DNA of 64,000 nucleotides, from NCBI GenBank assembly GCA_944375955.1, contig CALWBE010000016.1, positions 9,405 to 73,404 on the forward strand, written 5' to 3'. How positions within the stretch are numbered: the stretch's first letter is position 1; each line of letters begins with the position of its first letter. This stretch comes from an uncultured Clostridia bacterium. Lineage in GTDB: Bacteria > Bacillota > Clostridia > Oscillospirales > CAG-382. The translations under genes were made by a program, and so were the position numbers. This document shows positions 8,503 to 17,956 of this stretch, piece by piece. Under the pieces are notes generated by a model. That model was not told the origin of the DNA and did not search any database. It saw only the letters and a list, made by a program, of their open reading frames with translations.

Positions 8503-8742
8503 ATGAAAGTTACCATTTGCATAGGAAGCTCATGCCACATAAAAGGTTCGCGTCAGGTCGTTGAGCAACTTCAGTATCTTATACGTCAAAAAAATGTTGA
8601 AGACAAAGTTGAACTCGGCGGAACTTTTTGTATGGGAAAATGTCAAATGGGTGTGTGTGTCGGAATCGATGACGAAGTTTTTTCAGTAACACCCGATACA
8701 GTTGATGATTTCTTTGAAAAACAAATTTTGACAAGGATATAA
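8503..8742 (+). CDS. thioredoxin-like [2Fe-2S] ferredoxin domain protein
   Basis: 79 aa with a Cys pattern C-x4-C...C-x3-C (ICIGSSCHIKG ... FCMGKCQ). Confidence 0.7.
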   Translation: MKVTICIGSSCHIKGSRQVVEQLQYLIRQKNVEDKVELGGTFCMGKCQMGVCVGIDDEVFSVTPDTVDDFFEKQILTRI

Positions 8743-8746
8743 GCTT

Positions 8747-9007
8747 ATGATAATTCAAATCTGCATCGGCAGTTCATGCCATCTTAAAGGCTCAGAAGAA
8801 GTTGTAGAGCTTTTTAAAAAGGCTATTGACAAATACAGTCTTAACGATGATATCACTCTTGCCGGCAGCTTTTGTTTTGGAAAATGCAATCGTACAGGTG
8901 TTACTGTAACGGTAGATGACGAGGTGTTTACCGGTATAACAAAAGAGAACTTTGAAGGCTTTTTTAAAGAAAAAGTTTTAGGAAAAATCAGTCGCGAAAA
9001 GGAGTGA
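8747..9007 (+). CDS. thioredoxin-like [2Fe-2S] ferredoxin domain protein (paralogue of the previous gene)
   Basis: 86 aa with the same pattern (ICIGSSCHLKG ... FCFGKCN). It is clearly similar to 8503-8742. Confidence 0.7.
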   Translation: MIIQICIGSSCHLKGSEEVVELFKKAIDKYSLNDDITLAGSFCFGKCNRTGVTVTVDDEVFTGITKENFEGFFKEKVLGKISREKE

Positions 9008-9013
9008 CCGTAA

Positions 9014-10690
9014 ATGCCTAATTGTCTTACGCTCAAAAAATCCAACTGTAAAAACTGCTATAAATGTATAAGGCACTGCCCCGTAAAATCAATAAGATTT
9101 TCAGGAAATCAGGCTCATATTATCGGTAACGAATGCATTCTTTGCGGACAATGCTTTGTAGTTTGTCCGCAAAACGCAAAAGAAATTGTAAATGAAACTG
9201 AAAAAGCAAAGGTTTTACTCGCTTCCGGAGATCCTGTAGTAGTCAGTCTCGCTCCGTCTTTTATTGCAAATTATGACGGTGTAGGAATAGAATCTATGCG
9301 TGACGCTCTGAAAAAACTCGGATTTTACGACGCTGAAGAGACCGCTGTCGGCGCCACAATGGTAAAAAGAGATTATGAAAGGCTTTTAAGAGAGGAAGGC
9401 AGAGATATTCTTATATCGTCATGCTGTCATTCCGTTAATCTTTTAATTCAAAAATATTTTCCACGCGAGCTTGCTTATCTTGCTGATACCGTTTCTCCTA
9501 TGCAGGCGCATTGTATAGACATAAAAAAGCGCATACCGGGCGCCAAAACAGTATTTATCGGTCCGTGTGTAGCTAAAAAAGACGAGGCAGAACATTATGA
9601 AGGCATTGTCGACGCAGTTTTGACATTTGAAGAGCTCACAGAATGGCTTGCCGAAGAAAATATAGAGCTTGAAAAGAAAATCACCCCTAAAGAAGAAAGC
9701 CTTGCAAGATTTTTCCCCACGTCAGGCGGAATTCTGAAAACAATGACTGAACGGCTTCCCGAATATACATATATGGTAGTTGACGGTGTTGAAAACTGTA
9801 TTGCTGCGCTCCGTGAGATAGAGCAGGGAAAAATACACAAATGCTTTATTGAAATGTCCGCGTGCGTTGGCAGCTGTATAGGTGGTCCGGTTATGGAAAA
9901 ATATCATCGCCATCCTGTCGAAGACTATATGGCAGTATCTAATTTCGCAGGCAAAAAAGATTTTGAAACCCCTCAGCCTGAAATTGCCGTTATGAAAAAA
10001 AGCTTTGAATATATAGAGCGTAAAAGTTCTATGCCAACCGAAACCGAAATTACTGAAATTCTCCGGCAAATGGGCAAGTTTACTCCTGCCCAGGAATTAA
10101 ACTGCGGTTCATGCGGATATGATACCTGCCGCGAAAAAGCTATCGCTATATATCAAGGGAAAGCCGAAATATCCATGTGTCTGCCTTTCCTTAAAGAAAA
10201 AGCTGAAAGCTTTTCTGATACTATAGTTAAAAATACTCCTAACGGACTTATTGTTTTAAATGACAAGCTTGAGGTTCAACAGATAAATTCTGCGGCATGC
10301 AAAATTATGAATATTAGATCGGCTTCAGATGTGCTTGGTGACCAGGTCATAAGAATCCTTGATCCTTCGGTTTTTGTAAAAGTTCTTGAAAGCGGTAGAG
10401 GCATATACGATGATCATGTTTATCTTGCAGAATATGGTAAATATATAGAGCAAACCGTAGTCTACGACAAAGAATCGCATATGCTTATATGCATAATGCG
10501 TGATATAACAAGTGAAGAAAACGAACGCGAAAAGAAAGAAAATATCAGCCGTCAAACAATTGAGGTAGCTGATAAAGTAGTTGACAAGCAAATGAGAATC
10601 GTACAGGAAATCGCTTCTTTGCTCGGTGAAACTGCCGCCGAAACCAAAATAGCGCTTTCTAAGCTTAAGGAGTCAATATCAAATGAATGA
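9014..10690 (+). CDS. hydS: putative sensory [FeFe]-hydrogenase (group C, HydS-like) with a C-terminal PAS domain
   Basis: It has 2x CxxCxxCxxxCP ferredoxin motifs. The H-cluster-like motifs are SSCCHS, GPCVAKKDE and MSACVGSCIGGP. An extra Cys motif CGSCGYDTC-x16-C (Cx2Cx4Cx16C) follows, then a PAS-like segment (TPNGLIVLNDKLEVQQINSAACKIM). Confidence 0.8.
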   Translation: MPNCLTLKKSNCKNCYKCIRHCPVKSIRFSGNQAHIIGNECILCGQCFVVCPQNAKEIVNETEKAKVLLASGDPVVVSLAPSFIANYDGVGIESMRDALKKLGFYDAEETAVGATMVKRDYERLLREEGRDILISSCCHSVNLLIQKYFPRELAYLADTVSPMQAHCIDIKKRIPGAKTVFIGPCVAKKDEAEHYEGIVDAVLTFEELTEWLAEENIELEKKITPKEESLARFFPTSGGILKTMTERLPEYTYMVVDGVENCIAALREIEQGKIHKCFIEMSACVGSCIGGPVMEKYHRHPVEDYMAVSNFAGKKDFETPQPEIAVMKKSFEYIERKSSMPTETEITEILRQMGKFTPAQELNCGSCGYDTCREKAIAIYQGKAEISMCLPFLKEKAESFSDTIVKNTPNGLIVLNDKLEVQQINSAACKIMNIRSASDVLGDQVIRILDPSVFVKVLESGRGIYDDHVYLAEYGKYIEQTVVYDKESHMLICIMRDITSEENEREKKENISRQTIEVADKVVDKQMRIVQEIASLLGETAAETKIALSKLKESISNE

Positions 10691-11855
10691 TTTATGTGCC
10701 GATATAGGATATAAAAGTGTAAATCACTTCGGCGAACAGCTTTGCGGCGATCATGTTGATATAATTGAACAGGAAGACGGTTCGGAAGTCATCGTTCTTG
10801 CCGACGGACTCGGCAGCGGCGTAAAAGCCAGTATACTTTCTACACTTACATCTAAAATTATCTCTACAATGATGGCATCCGGTCTTCCGCTTGAAGAATG
10901 TGTCTCAACAATCGCCGCAACACTGCCTGTATGTTCGGTGCGCGGAGTTGCTTATTCGACTTTTACTATCATAAACCTTATAAATAATGAAACCGCCGAG
11001 TTTATTCAATATGATAACCCACAGATAATTATGATCAGAAATGAAAAATTTACCGATTATCCGAAATCTGAAATAAATATCGACGGCAAAAAAATATATA
11101 AATCCGTAATAAAGCTCCAGGAAAATGATGTATTTGTCGCTATGAGCGACGGATGTCCTCATGCCGGGATAGGTACCGCATACAATTTTGGCTGGAAATA
11201 TGAAGATATTGCATCGTTTGTAGAAACTATTATTCCGGCAGGATACACGTCAAAAACGCTTTCAACCATACTTATTAACGAATGCACCAAACTTTATGAC
11301 GGCAAGCCGGGCGATGATGCTACAGCTTGTGTTATACGCATTAGAAAAAGAGTACCAATGAACCTGCTGTTCGGTCCGCCTTCAAACCGTGATGACTGCG
11401 GAAGAATGATGTCTCTGTTTTTCTCTAAAGAAGGCAAGCACATAATCTGCGGAGGTACAACTTCTTCAATAGCTGCCGACTATCTTAAAAAACCTCTCCG
11501 ACCAACTCTTAATTTTGAACGCTCTGATGTCCCTCCTATCGCTGAACTTGAGGGCGTTGACCTCGTTACTGAAGGAGTTATAACCGTAAACAAGGTTTTA
11601 GAATATGCCAAAGACTATATTCAGGATAACTCAGGTTATGAAAAATGGAGTTGTGGAAGAGATGGAGCTTCACTTATATGTCGGATGCTTTTTGAAGAAG
11701 CTACTGATATAAACTTCTTTGTAGGCAGAGCCGTTAACCCCGCCCATCAAAACCCGGATCTTCCCATAAATTTCAACATAAAAATGAATCTTGTAAAAGA
11801 ACTTTCCGAATGTCTGAAAAAAATGGGTAAAAAAATAAAGGTAAGCTATTTTTAA
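10683..11855 (+). CDS. PP2C/SpoIIE-family serine phosphatase
   Basis: LCGDHVDIIEQEDGSEVIVLADGLGSGVKASILS and AMSDGCPHAG are PP2C-type metal-binding motifs. It overlaps the hydS stop by 8 nt. Confidence 0.75.
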   Translation: MNDLCADIGYKSVNHFGEQLCGDHVDIIEQEDGSEVIVLADGLGSGVKASILSTLTSKIISTMMASGLPLEECVSTIAATLPVCSVRGVAYSTFTIINLINNETAEFIQYDNPQIIMIRNEKFTDYPKSEINIDGKKIYKSVIKLQENDVFVAMSDGCPHAGIGTAYNFGWKYEDIASFVETIIPAGYTSKTLSTILINECTKLYDGKPGDDATACVIRIRKRVPMNLLFGPPSNRDDCGRMMSLFFSKEGKHIICGGTTSSIAADYLKKPLRPTLNFERSDVPPIAELEGVDLVTEGVITVNKVLEYAKDYIQDNSGYEKWSCGRDGASLICRMLFEEATDINFFVGRAVNPAHQNPDLPINFNIKMNLVKELSECLKKMGKKIKVSYF

Positions 11856-11867
11856 GGAGTATAATAA

Positions 11868-13292
11868 ATGAGAAAATTTGATACCAAGGTACAGTATCTT
11901 AAATATAAGGTTCTGCGTGAAGTTGCAAGGCAAGCCTGGAACGACACTCTTCTCGACAATGTTCTTGAAATTCCTAAAAAGATAGTTCCGGGAAAAACGC
12001 CGACTATGCGTTGCTGCGTCTATAAAGAACGTGCAATACTTTCGGAACGAGTACATCTTGCCATGGGCGGAAATAAAGAAAATCCGAATGTTATTGAGGT
12101 AATAGAAATCGCCTGCGATGAATGTCCGGCTGCCGGATATTCTGTTACCGATTCATGCAGAGGCTGTCTTGCTCATAGGTGTGAAGATGTCTGCAAGCGC
12201 GGAGCAATATCGTTTGATCACAACCATGTTGCTCATATCGATAAAACAAAGTGCGTCGAATGCGGTATGTGTGCTAAAGTTTGTCCTTATACCGCCATTA
12301 TAAATCGCAAACGTCCTTGTCAGAATGCATGCAAAATACACGCAATTTCTATCAATGAAGAAAACGCAGCTACAATAGACAATGAAAAGTGCACTTCATG
12401 CGGTGCATGCGTTTATCAATGTCCTTTCGGTGCTATCAGCGATAAATCTTACATCTTGAATGTTATAGATATGCTGAAAAAAAGCTGTGAAGGTAAAAAT
12501 TATAAGATGTATGCAATAGTCGCTCCATCTATTTCAAGCCAGTTCAATTATGCAAAACTCGGTCAGGTAATAACCGGTCTTAAAAAGCTTGGATTCTTTA
12601 CCGTGGTTGAAGCTGCTCTCGGAGCAGATATGGTCGCGCAAGCCGAATCAAAAGAACTTTATGAAAAAGGTTTTCTGACAAGTTCTTGTTGCCCTGCTTT
12701 TGTATCTTATATTAAATCGAATTTTCCTGCTCTTGTTCAATATATTTCTCATAATCTTTCTCCTATGGCTACTATCGCAAAATATATAAAGGAAACAGAC
12801 AAAACTGCAAAAACTGTATTTATTGGTCCTTGTACGGCAAAAAAAGCTGAAATCCAGCTTGATACCGTAAAACCATATATAGATTCGGTAATGACATTTG
12901 AGGAACTTCAGGCTCTTTTTGACAGCCGCGACATAGACATAACTACTCTTGAAGAAAGTATCCTTGACAACGCGTCATATTTCGGAAGAATATTCGCCAG
13001 AAGCGGAGGGCTTTCTGATGCCGTGGCACAAGGTCTTATCGAACAAGGACTTACAGATTTTAAATTAAAGGCATGCGCCTGCGACGGAATAGAAGCCTGC
13101 CGCACCGCTTTACTCAAAAAAAGCAAAAATGTGCTTGACGCAAACTTTATTGAAGGCATGGCATGTGTAGGAGGCTGCATAGGAGGCGCCGGATGTCTGA
13201 CTCACGGCGAAAAAAACAAAGATGAGGTAGACAAATACGGAAAAGAAGCTTATGAAAAAACAATAACAGAAGCTATTTCAGTTCTTAAATAG
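11868..13292 (+). CDS. [FeFe]-hydrogenase, monomeric group-B-like catalytic subunit
   Basis: It has ferredoxin Cys clusters and the H-cluster motifs TSSCCPAF, FIGPCTAKKAE and GMACVGGCIGGAGC. The N-terminus MRKFDTKVQYLKYKVLREV is typical of the B-type family. Confidence 0.85.
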   Translation: MRKFDTKVQYLKYKVLREVARQAWNDTLLDNVLEIPKKIVPGKTPTMRCCVYKERAILSERVHLAMGGNKENPNVIEVIEIACDECPAAGYSVTDSCRGCLAHRCEDVCKRGAISFDHNHVAHIDKTKCVECGMCAKVCPYTAIINRKRPCQNACKIHAISINEENAATIDNEKCTSCGACVYQCPFGAISDKSYILNVIDMLKKSCEGKNYKMYAIVAPSISSQFNYAKLGQVITGLKKLGFFTVVEAALGADMVAQAESKELYEKGFLTSSCCPAFVSYIKSNFPALVQYISHNLSPMATIAKYIKETDKTAKTVFIGPCTAKKAEIQLDTVKPYIDSVMTFEELQALFDSRDIDITTLEESILDNASYFGRIFARSGGLSDAVAQGLIEQGLTDFKLKACACDGIEACRTALLKKSKNVLDANFIEGMACVGGCIGGAGCLTHGEKNKDEVDKYGKEAYEKTITEAISVLK

Positions 13293-13490
13293 TAATCTCC
13301 AAGTTTATTTTCTAAAACCAATGCTTCAAATATTATGGTTTATTTGATTTAAAATATAAAATCCGTGTATACTTTAAAAGCATACACGCATTTATTTTAT
13401 TGAAAAAACAGCATTTAATTTATATTGACTTTTTAAAATATAAAGAATAAAATATATCCGACAGAAATATTTTCGGAGGTTAACTAAGTT

Positions 13491-14777
13491 ATGGTTTATT
13501 CTAAGAATCTGACAGAAAAATATAATGTAGATATATTTGTTGCCGGAGGCGGAGCTGCAGGTGTGGCAGCTGCCATTGCCGCATCTAAGCAAGGTAAATC
13601 TGTATTTCTTGCCGAGGCAACAGGAGCGTTTGGCGGACTTGGAACCTCAGGCTTGGTTCCGTCTTTTGCGCCGTTCGGAGACGGAATTAATATGCTTGCT
13701 TCCGGTATAGGTCTTGATATAAGAAAAAAAGTTTCCAAAGCTTTTCCTATCGATATCTACTGGGCTCCCATAAACGCCGAAGAACTGAAACGTGTATACG
13801 ATGATGAAATGATTTCTGCAGGTGTTGAATTCTCTTTTTTCACGACAGTATGTGATGTCGTGGTATCAGACGGTCATATTGACTATGTAGTATGCACTGC
13901 AAAATCCGGCATGTTTGCGGTGAAGGCTAAAATTTACATAGACTGCACCGGAGACGGAGATCTTTGTTATCTCGGCGGAGGGGACTACACTGTCGGAGAG
14001 GGTGACGGAAAAGTCATGCCCGGAACTTTATGCAGTCTTTGGGCTAATATCGACTGGTCAAATGTAAGCGGACCTCAAAATGCTTTTATTGAAAAGGCAT
14101 ACTCAGATGGTGTGCTTTCATATGAAGATCGTCATCTTCCCGGCATGTTTAAAAGAGATGATCTTCTCGGAGGCGGAAATATAGGTCATCTTTTCAATAT
14201 TGATCCAACTGACGAAAAATCTCTTACCAACTCTATGATATGGGGCAGAAAGTCGATGCTCGAATACGAGCGCTATTACAAAAAATATCTTAAAGGTTTT
14301 GAAAATATGATATTATGCGCTACCGGTTCTGTGCCCGGTGTCAGAGAATCAAGACGTATCACTTGCGACTATGCTCTTTGTGTTGATGATTTTATCAGCC
14401 GTGCCGTTTTTGAAGATGAAATAGGCAGATATTGCTATCCGGTAGATATACACGTTATGAATACTGATAAAAAGGAATATGAGAGATTTAGCAATGAGTA
14501 TGAAAATTTAAGATATAAGCAGGGTGAATCGTATGGTATACCATACAGAAGTCTTATATCAAAATCGTTTTCCAATCTGCTTACCGCCGGTAGATGCATG
14601 GGTACTGACAGAAAAATGCAGGCTTCAATACGCGTAATGCCGGGATGCTTTATTACAGGTCAGGCAGCAGGAGCTGCCGCTGCTCTCGCATCAAACTGCG
14701 GTGACGTCCGAAAAATCAACCATTCTTTGTTAGTTTCAGAGCTTAAAAAATTAGGTGCTTTTCTACCTAATGCATAG
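13491..14777 (+). CDS. FAD-dependent oxidoreductase
   Basis: N-terminal dinucleotide fold DIFVAGGGAAGVAAAIAASKQGKSVFLAE. 428 aa. Confidence 0.7.
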   Translation: MVYSKNLTEKYNVDIFVAGGGAAGVAAAIAASKQGKSVFLAEATGAFGGLGTSGLVPSFAPFGDGINMLASGIGLDIRKKVSKAFPIDIYWAPINAEELKRVYDDEMISAGVEFSFFTTVCDVVVSDGHIDYVVCTAKSGMFAVKAKIYIDCTGDGDLCYLGGGDYTVGEGDGKVMPGTLCSLWANIDWSNVSGPQNAFIEKAYSDGVLSYEDRHLPGMFKRDDLLGGGNIGHLFNIDPTDEKSLTNSMIWGRKSMLEYERYYKKYLKGFENMILCATGSVPGVRESRRITCDYALCVDDFISRAVFEDEIGRYCYPVDIHVMNTDKKEYERFSNEYENLRYKQGESYGIPYRSLISKSFSNLLTAGRCMGTDRKMQASIRVMPGCFITGQAAGAAAALASNCGDVRKINHSLLVSELKKLGAFLPNA

Positions 14778-14813
14778 AATTAAAAATTAGGTGCTTATTC
14801 TACCTATTGCATA
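14743..14813 (+). repeat. tandem ~35-bp duplication of the 3' end of the FAD oxidoreductase gene
   Basis: TTAAAAAATTAGGTGCTTTTCTACCTAATGCATA (14743-14776) is followed by TTAAAAATTAGGTGCTTATTCTACCTATTGCATA (14780-13). Confidence 0.8.
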
Positions 14814-15123
14814 AAATTTAAAACCAAGCAATACAATATTGAACTTTTTTGAGTTCCTTTTCGACGTTTTGTTCTCAATAGAAATCATTGAATGTTTAAA
14901 TGAATAGCCCAATAATTATATTTAATTTGGAAAGGTGATGATATAATAAGAGCAAAAGTAATTGGTATCTTACTCATATTGTGGACATTCTTGGTATTCT
15001 GATGGAACTAATAATGTTTGAGAATATTGGTATTGCTTGCATATTGGAGGCATAAAGGGGTTTGCTGTCTGGCATTGGCTTTGTGTCTTATACATCGAAA
15101 TAAATAATAAAGGAGAAATTAAA

Positions 15124-16041
15124 ATGAAAAGAACATTATCAGTTATCCTGGCAATTATTTTAGCTATGTCATTGTTAGCGTGCAGTAGTTATTCTGATGA
15201 AGACATTAAGGAGCCATCTAATGTTGCTACTGGCAGCAACGCTGGAGAAGGACAGAAGCAAGAGCAAGTAGAGGAAACAGAGGTACCTGAGGAAACAGAA
15301 GTAACTATTAATGAGACCGTTCTTGTTGATGAGGCTGGCATAAAAGTTACTGCTAAAAGCCTTGAAGTTGACGGGATTTTTGGTCCCGAAATCAAACTGC
15401 TTATTGAGAATAATTCTGGTAAAGACCTAACTTTCCAATGTCGCAATGCTTCCGTTAATGGCTACATGGTTGAAACCATGATGTCTGTTGATGTTGTGAA
15501 TGGTAAGAAAGCAAATGATAGTTTAACTTTTATGAAATCCGATTTTGAGGCGTGTGGGATTGAAAAAATTGCTGATATGGAAATTGCATTCCATATTTTT
15601 GATATGGCTGAATGGGAAACTTATTTGGATACTGCCTCAATCCAGATCAAGACTTCTATCGCTGATAACTTTGAGTACACCTATGATGATAGCGGAGATT
15701 TGGCCTATGAAGGAAATGGTATAAAGATTATAATCAAGGGACTTGCAGAAAATGAATCCATATTTGGTCCCAGCATCGTGACTTATATTGAAAACACTGG
15801 AGATAAGGATATAACTGTCCAAACAAGAGATGTATCCATTAATGGATTTATGGCGTCTGCCATATTCTCCTGCGATGTACTTGCAGGCAAACGTGCCGTG
15901 GATACTATTACTTTCATGGAGTCTGACCTTGAGGAAAATGAAATTACTGCGATTGAGGATATAGAACTGTCATTCCATATTTTTGACTCTGATGACTGGA
16001 AAACTATTGTTGATACAGAAATCGTAAAAATTAGCTTCTGA
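15124..16041 (+). CDS. lipoprotein with two tandem copies of an uncharacterised ~110-aa domain
   Basis: AAAGGAG RBS lies before ATG 15124. The signal peptide MKRTLSVILAIILAMSLLA-CSS has a lipobox. An acidic linker is followed by repeat A (15319-15651) and repeat B (15697-16038), which are mutually alignable. Confidence 0.7.
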   Translation: MKRTLSVILAIILAMSLLACSSYSDEDIKEPSNVATGSNAGEGQKQEQVEETEVPEETEVTINETVLVDEAGIKVTAKSLEVDGIFGPEIKLLIENNSGKDLTFQCRNASVNGYMVETMMSVDVVNGKKANDSLTFMKSDFEACGIEKIADMEIAFHIFDMAEWETYLDTASIQIKTSIADNFEYTYDDSGDLAYEGNGIKIIIKGLAENESIFGPSIVTYIENTGDKDITVQTRDVSINGFMASAIFSCDVLAGKRAVDTITFMESDLEENEITAIEDIELSFHIFDSDDWKTIVDTEIVKISF

Positions 16042-16200
16042 TAAGATATAAAACAAAGCTCCACCATTTCGGGTGTAGTCTCGTTTTATATTCAAAGAAT
16101 AAATTTACATTAGATTTTGGATTTTAGTCTAAGGGAACACAAAAGGAAATTGAGTGTTTTGAATTGCTTTTTAAAATAATATTTATGATTTAATATAAAA

Positions 16201-16233
16201 AATCCGCAGCAAAATAAAAATTTGCTGCGGATT
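16201..16233. terminator. bidirectional terminator between the lipoprotein gene and serS
   Basis: AATCCGCAGCAAA-loop-TTTGCTGCGGATT flanked by A-run and T-run. Confidence 0.7.
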
Positions 16234-16241
16234 TTTGTATT

Positions 16242-17528
16242 TTATTTTTTAGGAATTATTTTTTCAGCTCCTCCCATATACGGGCGAAGAGCAACAGGAA
16301 TATTTACGCTTCCGTCTTCATTAAGGTTATTTTCAAGAAATGCTATAAGCATTCTTGGAGGTGCAACAACTGTATTGTTGAGTGTATGAGCAAGATATTT
16401 TGAATTCTTTCCGCTTACACGGATCTTTAATCTTCTTGCCTGCGCATCTCCGAGATTCGAGCAGCTTCCGACCTCAAAATATTTCTTTTGTCTCGGCGAC
16501 CATGCCTCAACATCAAGTGATTTTACTTTAAGATCGGCAAGATCTCCCGAACAGCATTCAAGCGTTCTTACAGGAATATCCATAGAGCGGAAAAGGTCGA
16601 CTGTATTGCGCCACAATTTTTCAAACCACATCGGACTTTCCTCGGGTTTGCATACTACAATCATTTCCTGCTTTTCAAACTGGTGTATGCGGTAAACTCC
16701 GCGCTCTTCTATGCCGTGCGCTCCCTTCTCCTTACGGAAACACGGCGAATAGCTTGTCAGCGTCTGCGGAAGCTGTTCCTCCGGAATTATCTGATCAATA
16801 AACTTTCCTATCATAGAATGCTCTGAAGTACCTATAAGATAAAGGTCTTCTCCTTCTATCTTATACATCATAGCTTCCATTTCGGCAAAACTCATAACTC
16901 CGGTAACAACATCCGAACGAATCATAAACGGAGGTACACAATAGGTAAAACCGCGGTTTATCATAAAATCACGCGCATATGAAATAACTGCCGAATGCAG
17001 TCTTGCTATATCGCCCATAAGATAATAAAACCCGTTGCCGGCAACACGGCGCGCACTGTCAAGATCTATACCGTCAAAGCGTTCCATTATATCAGTATGA
17101 TACGGAATTTCAAAATCGGGCACAACCGGGTCCCCGAACTTCTCTATCTCTACATTCTCGCTGTCGTCTTTTCCTATCGGCACTGACGGATCTATTATCT
17201 GAGGTATTACCATCATTATTTTCTTGATTTTTTCTTCGTATTCCGACTCAAGCGCTTCGCATTCCGCAAGACGCGCCGCCTGCTCGTTAACTTTTTTCTT
17301 CATTTCTTCGGCTTCTTCTTTTTTACCCTGCCCCATAAGCGCGCCGATCATCTTTGAGCATTTGTTACGGTCTGCCCTGAGTCCGTCGGCTTCAAGCTTT
17401 ACAGCACGGGATTTCGCATCAAGCTCAATAACTTCATCTACCAAAGGCAGCTTTGAGTCCTGAAACTTATTTCTGATATTTTGTTTTACAGCGTCCGGAT
17501 TTTCACGCAAAAATTTAATGTCTATCAT
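16242..17528 (-). CDS. serS: seryl-tRNA synthetase
   Basis: 428 aa. MIDIKFLRENPD..., an N-terminal coiled-coil arm and a class II core (TSEHSMIG, FRKEKGAHG, GSCSNLGDAQARR). Confidence 0.95.
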   Translation of the reverse strand: MIDIKFLRENPDAVKQNIRNKFQDSKLPLVDEVIELDAKSRAVKLEADGLRADRNKCSKMIGALMGQGKKEEAEEMKKKVNEQAARLAECEALESEYEEKIKKIMMVIPQIIDPSVPIGKDDSENVEIEKFGDPVVPDFEIPYHTDIMERFDGIDLDSARRVAGNGFYYLMGDIARLHSAVISYARDFMINRGFTYCVPPFMIRSDVVTGVMSFAEMEAMMYKIEGEDLYLIGTSEHSMIGKFIDQIIPEEQLPQTLTSYSPCFRKEKGAHGIEERGVYRIHQFEKQEMIVVCKPEESPMWFEKLWRNTVDLFRSMDIPVRTLECCSGDLADLKVKSLDVEAWSPRQKKYFEVGSCSNLGDAQARRLKIRVSGKNSKYLAHTLNNTVVAPPRMLIAFLENNLNEDGSVNIPVALRPYMGGAEKIIPKK

Positions 17529-17597
17529 TTTTGTTCCTCCAAAAAATATTTTTTATTTTACACTATAACGGCTTGTGAGTTTTACAACGGCATATAT

Positions 17598-17858
17598 AAA
17601 AAATCAGAGTCCTTCCCTATATTGTAATGGGACGAAAGACTCCGTGTTGCCACCCATATTGCCGCACAATATTTCTATTTTAACAAATACTAATGCTAAT
17701 ACTAATAATGCGGCCTCTCATTTTACGCGCTGTAAGGGGCGCCTCCCGAAACTCTTCGCTTCATGCTCCGAAAGTGGAAAAGGTAAACTGTGCCAACTGT
17801 TTGCACCTCACACAGCCTCTCTTAAGACAATAATTTACCGTTTCTTTCATCATAGCTT
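17598..17858 (-). promoter_or_regulatory. T-box riboswitch leader, probable specifier UCC (Ser), controlling serS
   Basis: Minus strand: GCTATGATGAAAG...GGTAAA, AGAGAG and GGTGCAA. The specifier loop is UUUUCCA (codon complement at 17776-17778). The T-box is AATATGGGTGGCAACACGG; UGGC fits discriminator G73 of tRNA-Ser. A terminator hairpin plus T6 follows. Confidence 0.7.
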
Positions 17859-17956
17859 TATTATTATACATTATATGCTTTAAAAATGCAATAGAGTGCA
17901 TTAATTTTATACTAAATGTAACAATTTGTGCCCAATTTTATATATTATTCCTTATT

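Noticed and set aside
15037-15123. N-terminal extension of the lipoprotein ORF (MHIGGIKGFAVWHW...)
   Set aside because: The internal ATG at 15124 has a strong RBS and yields a canonical lipoprotein signal peptide. The extension has neither.
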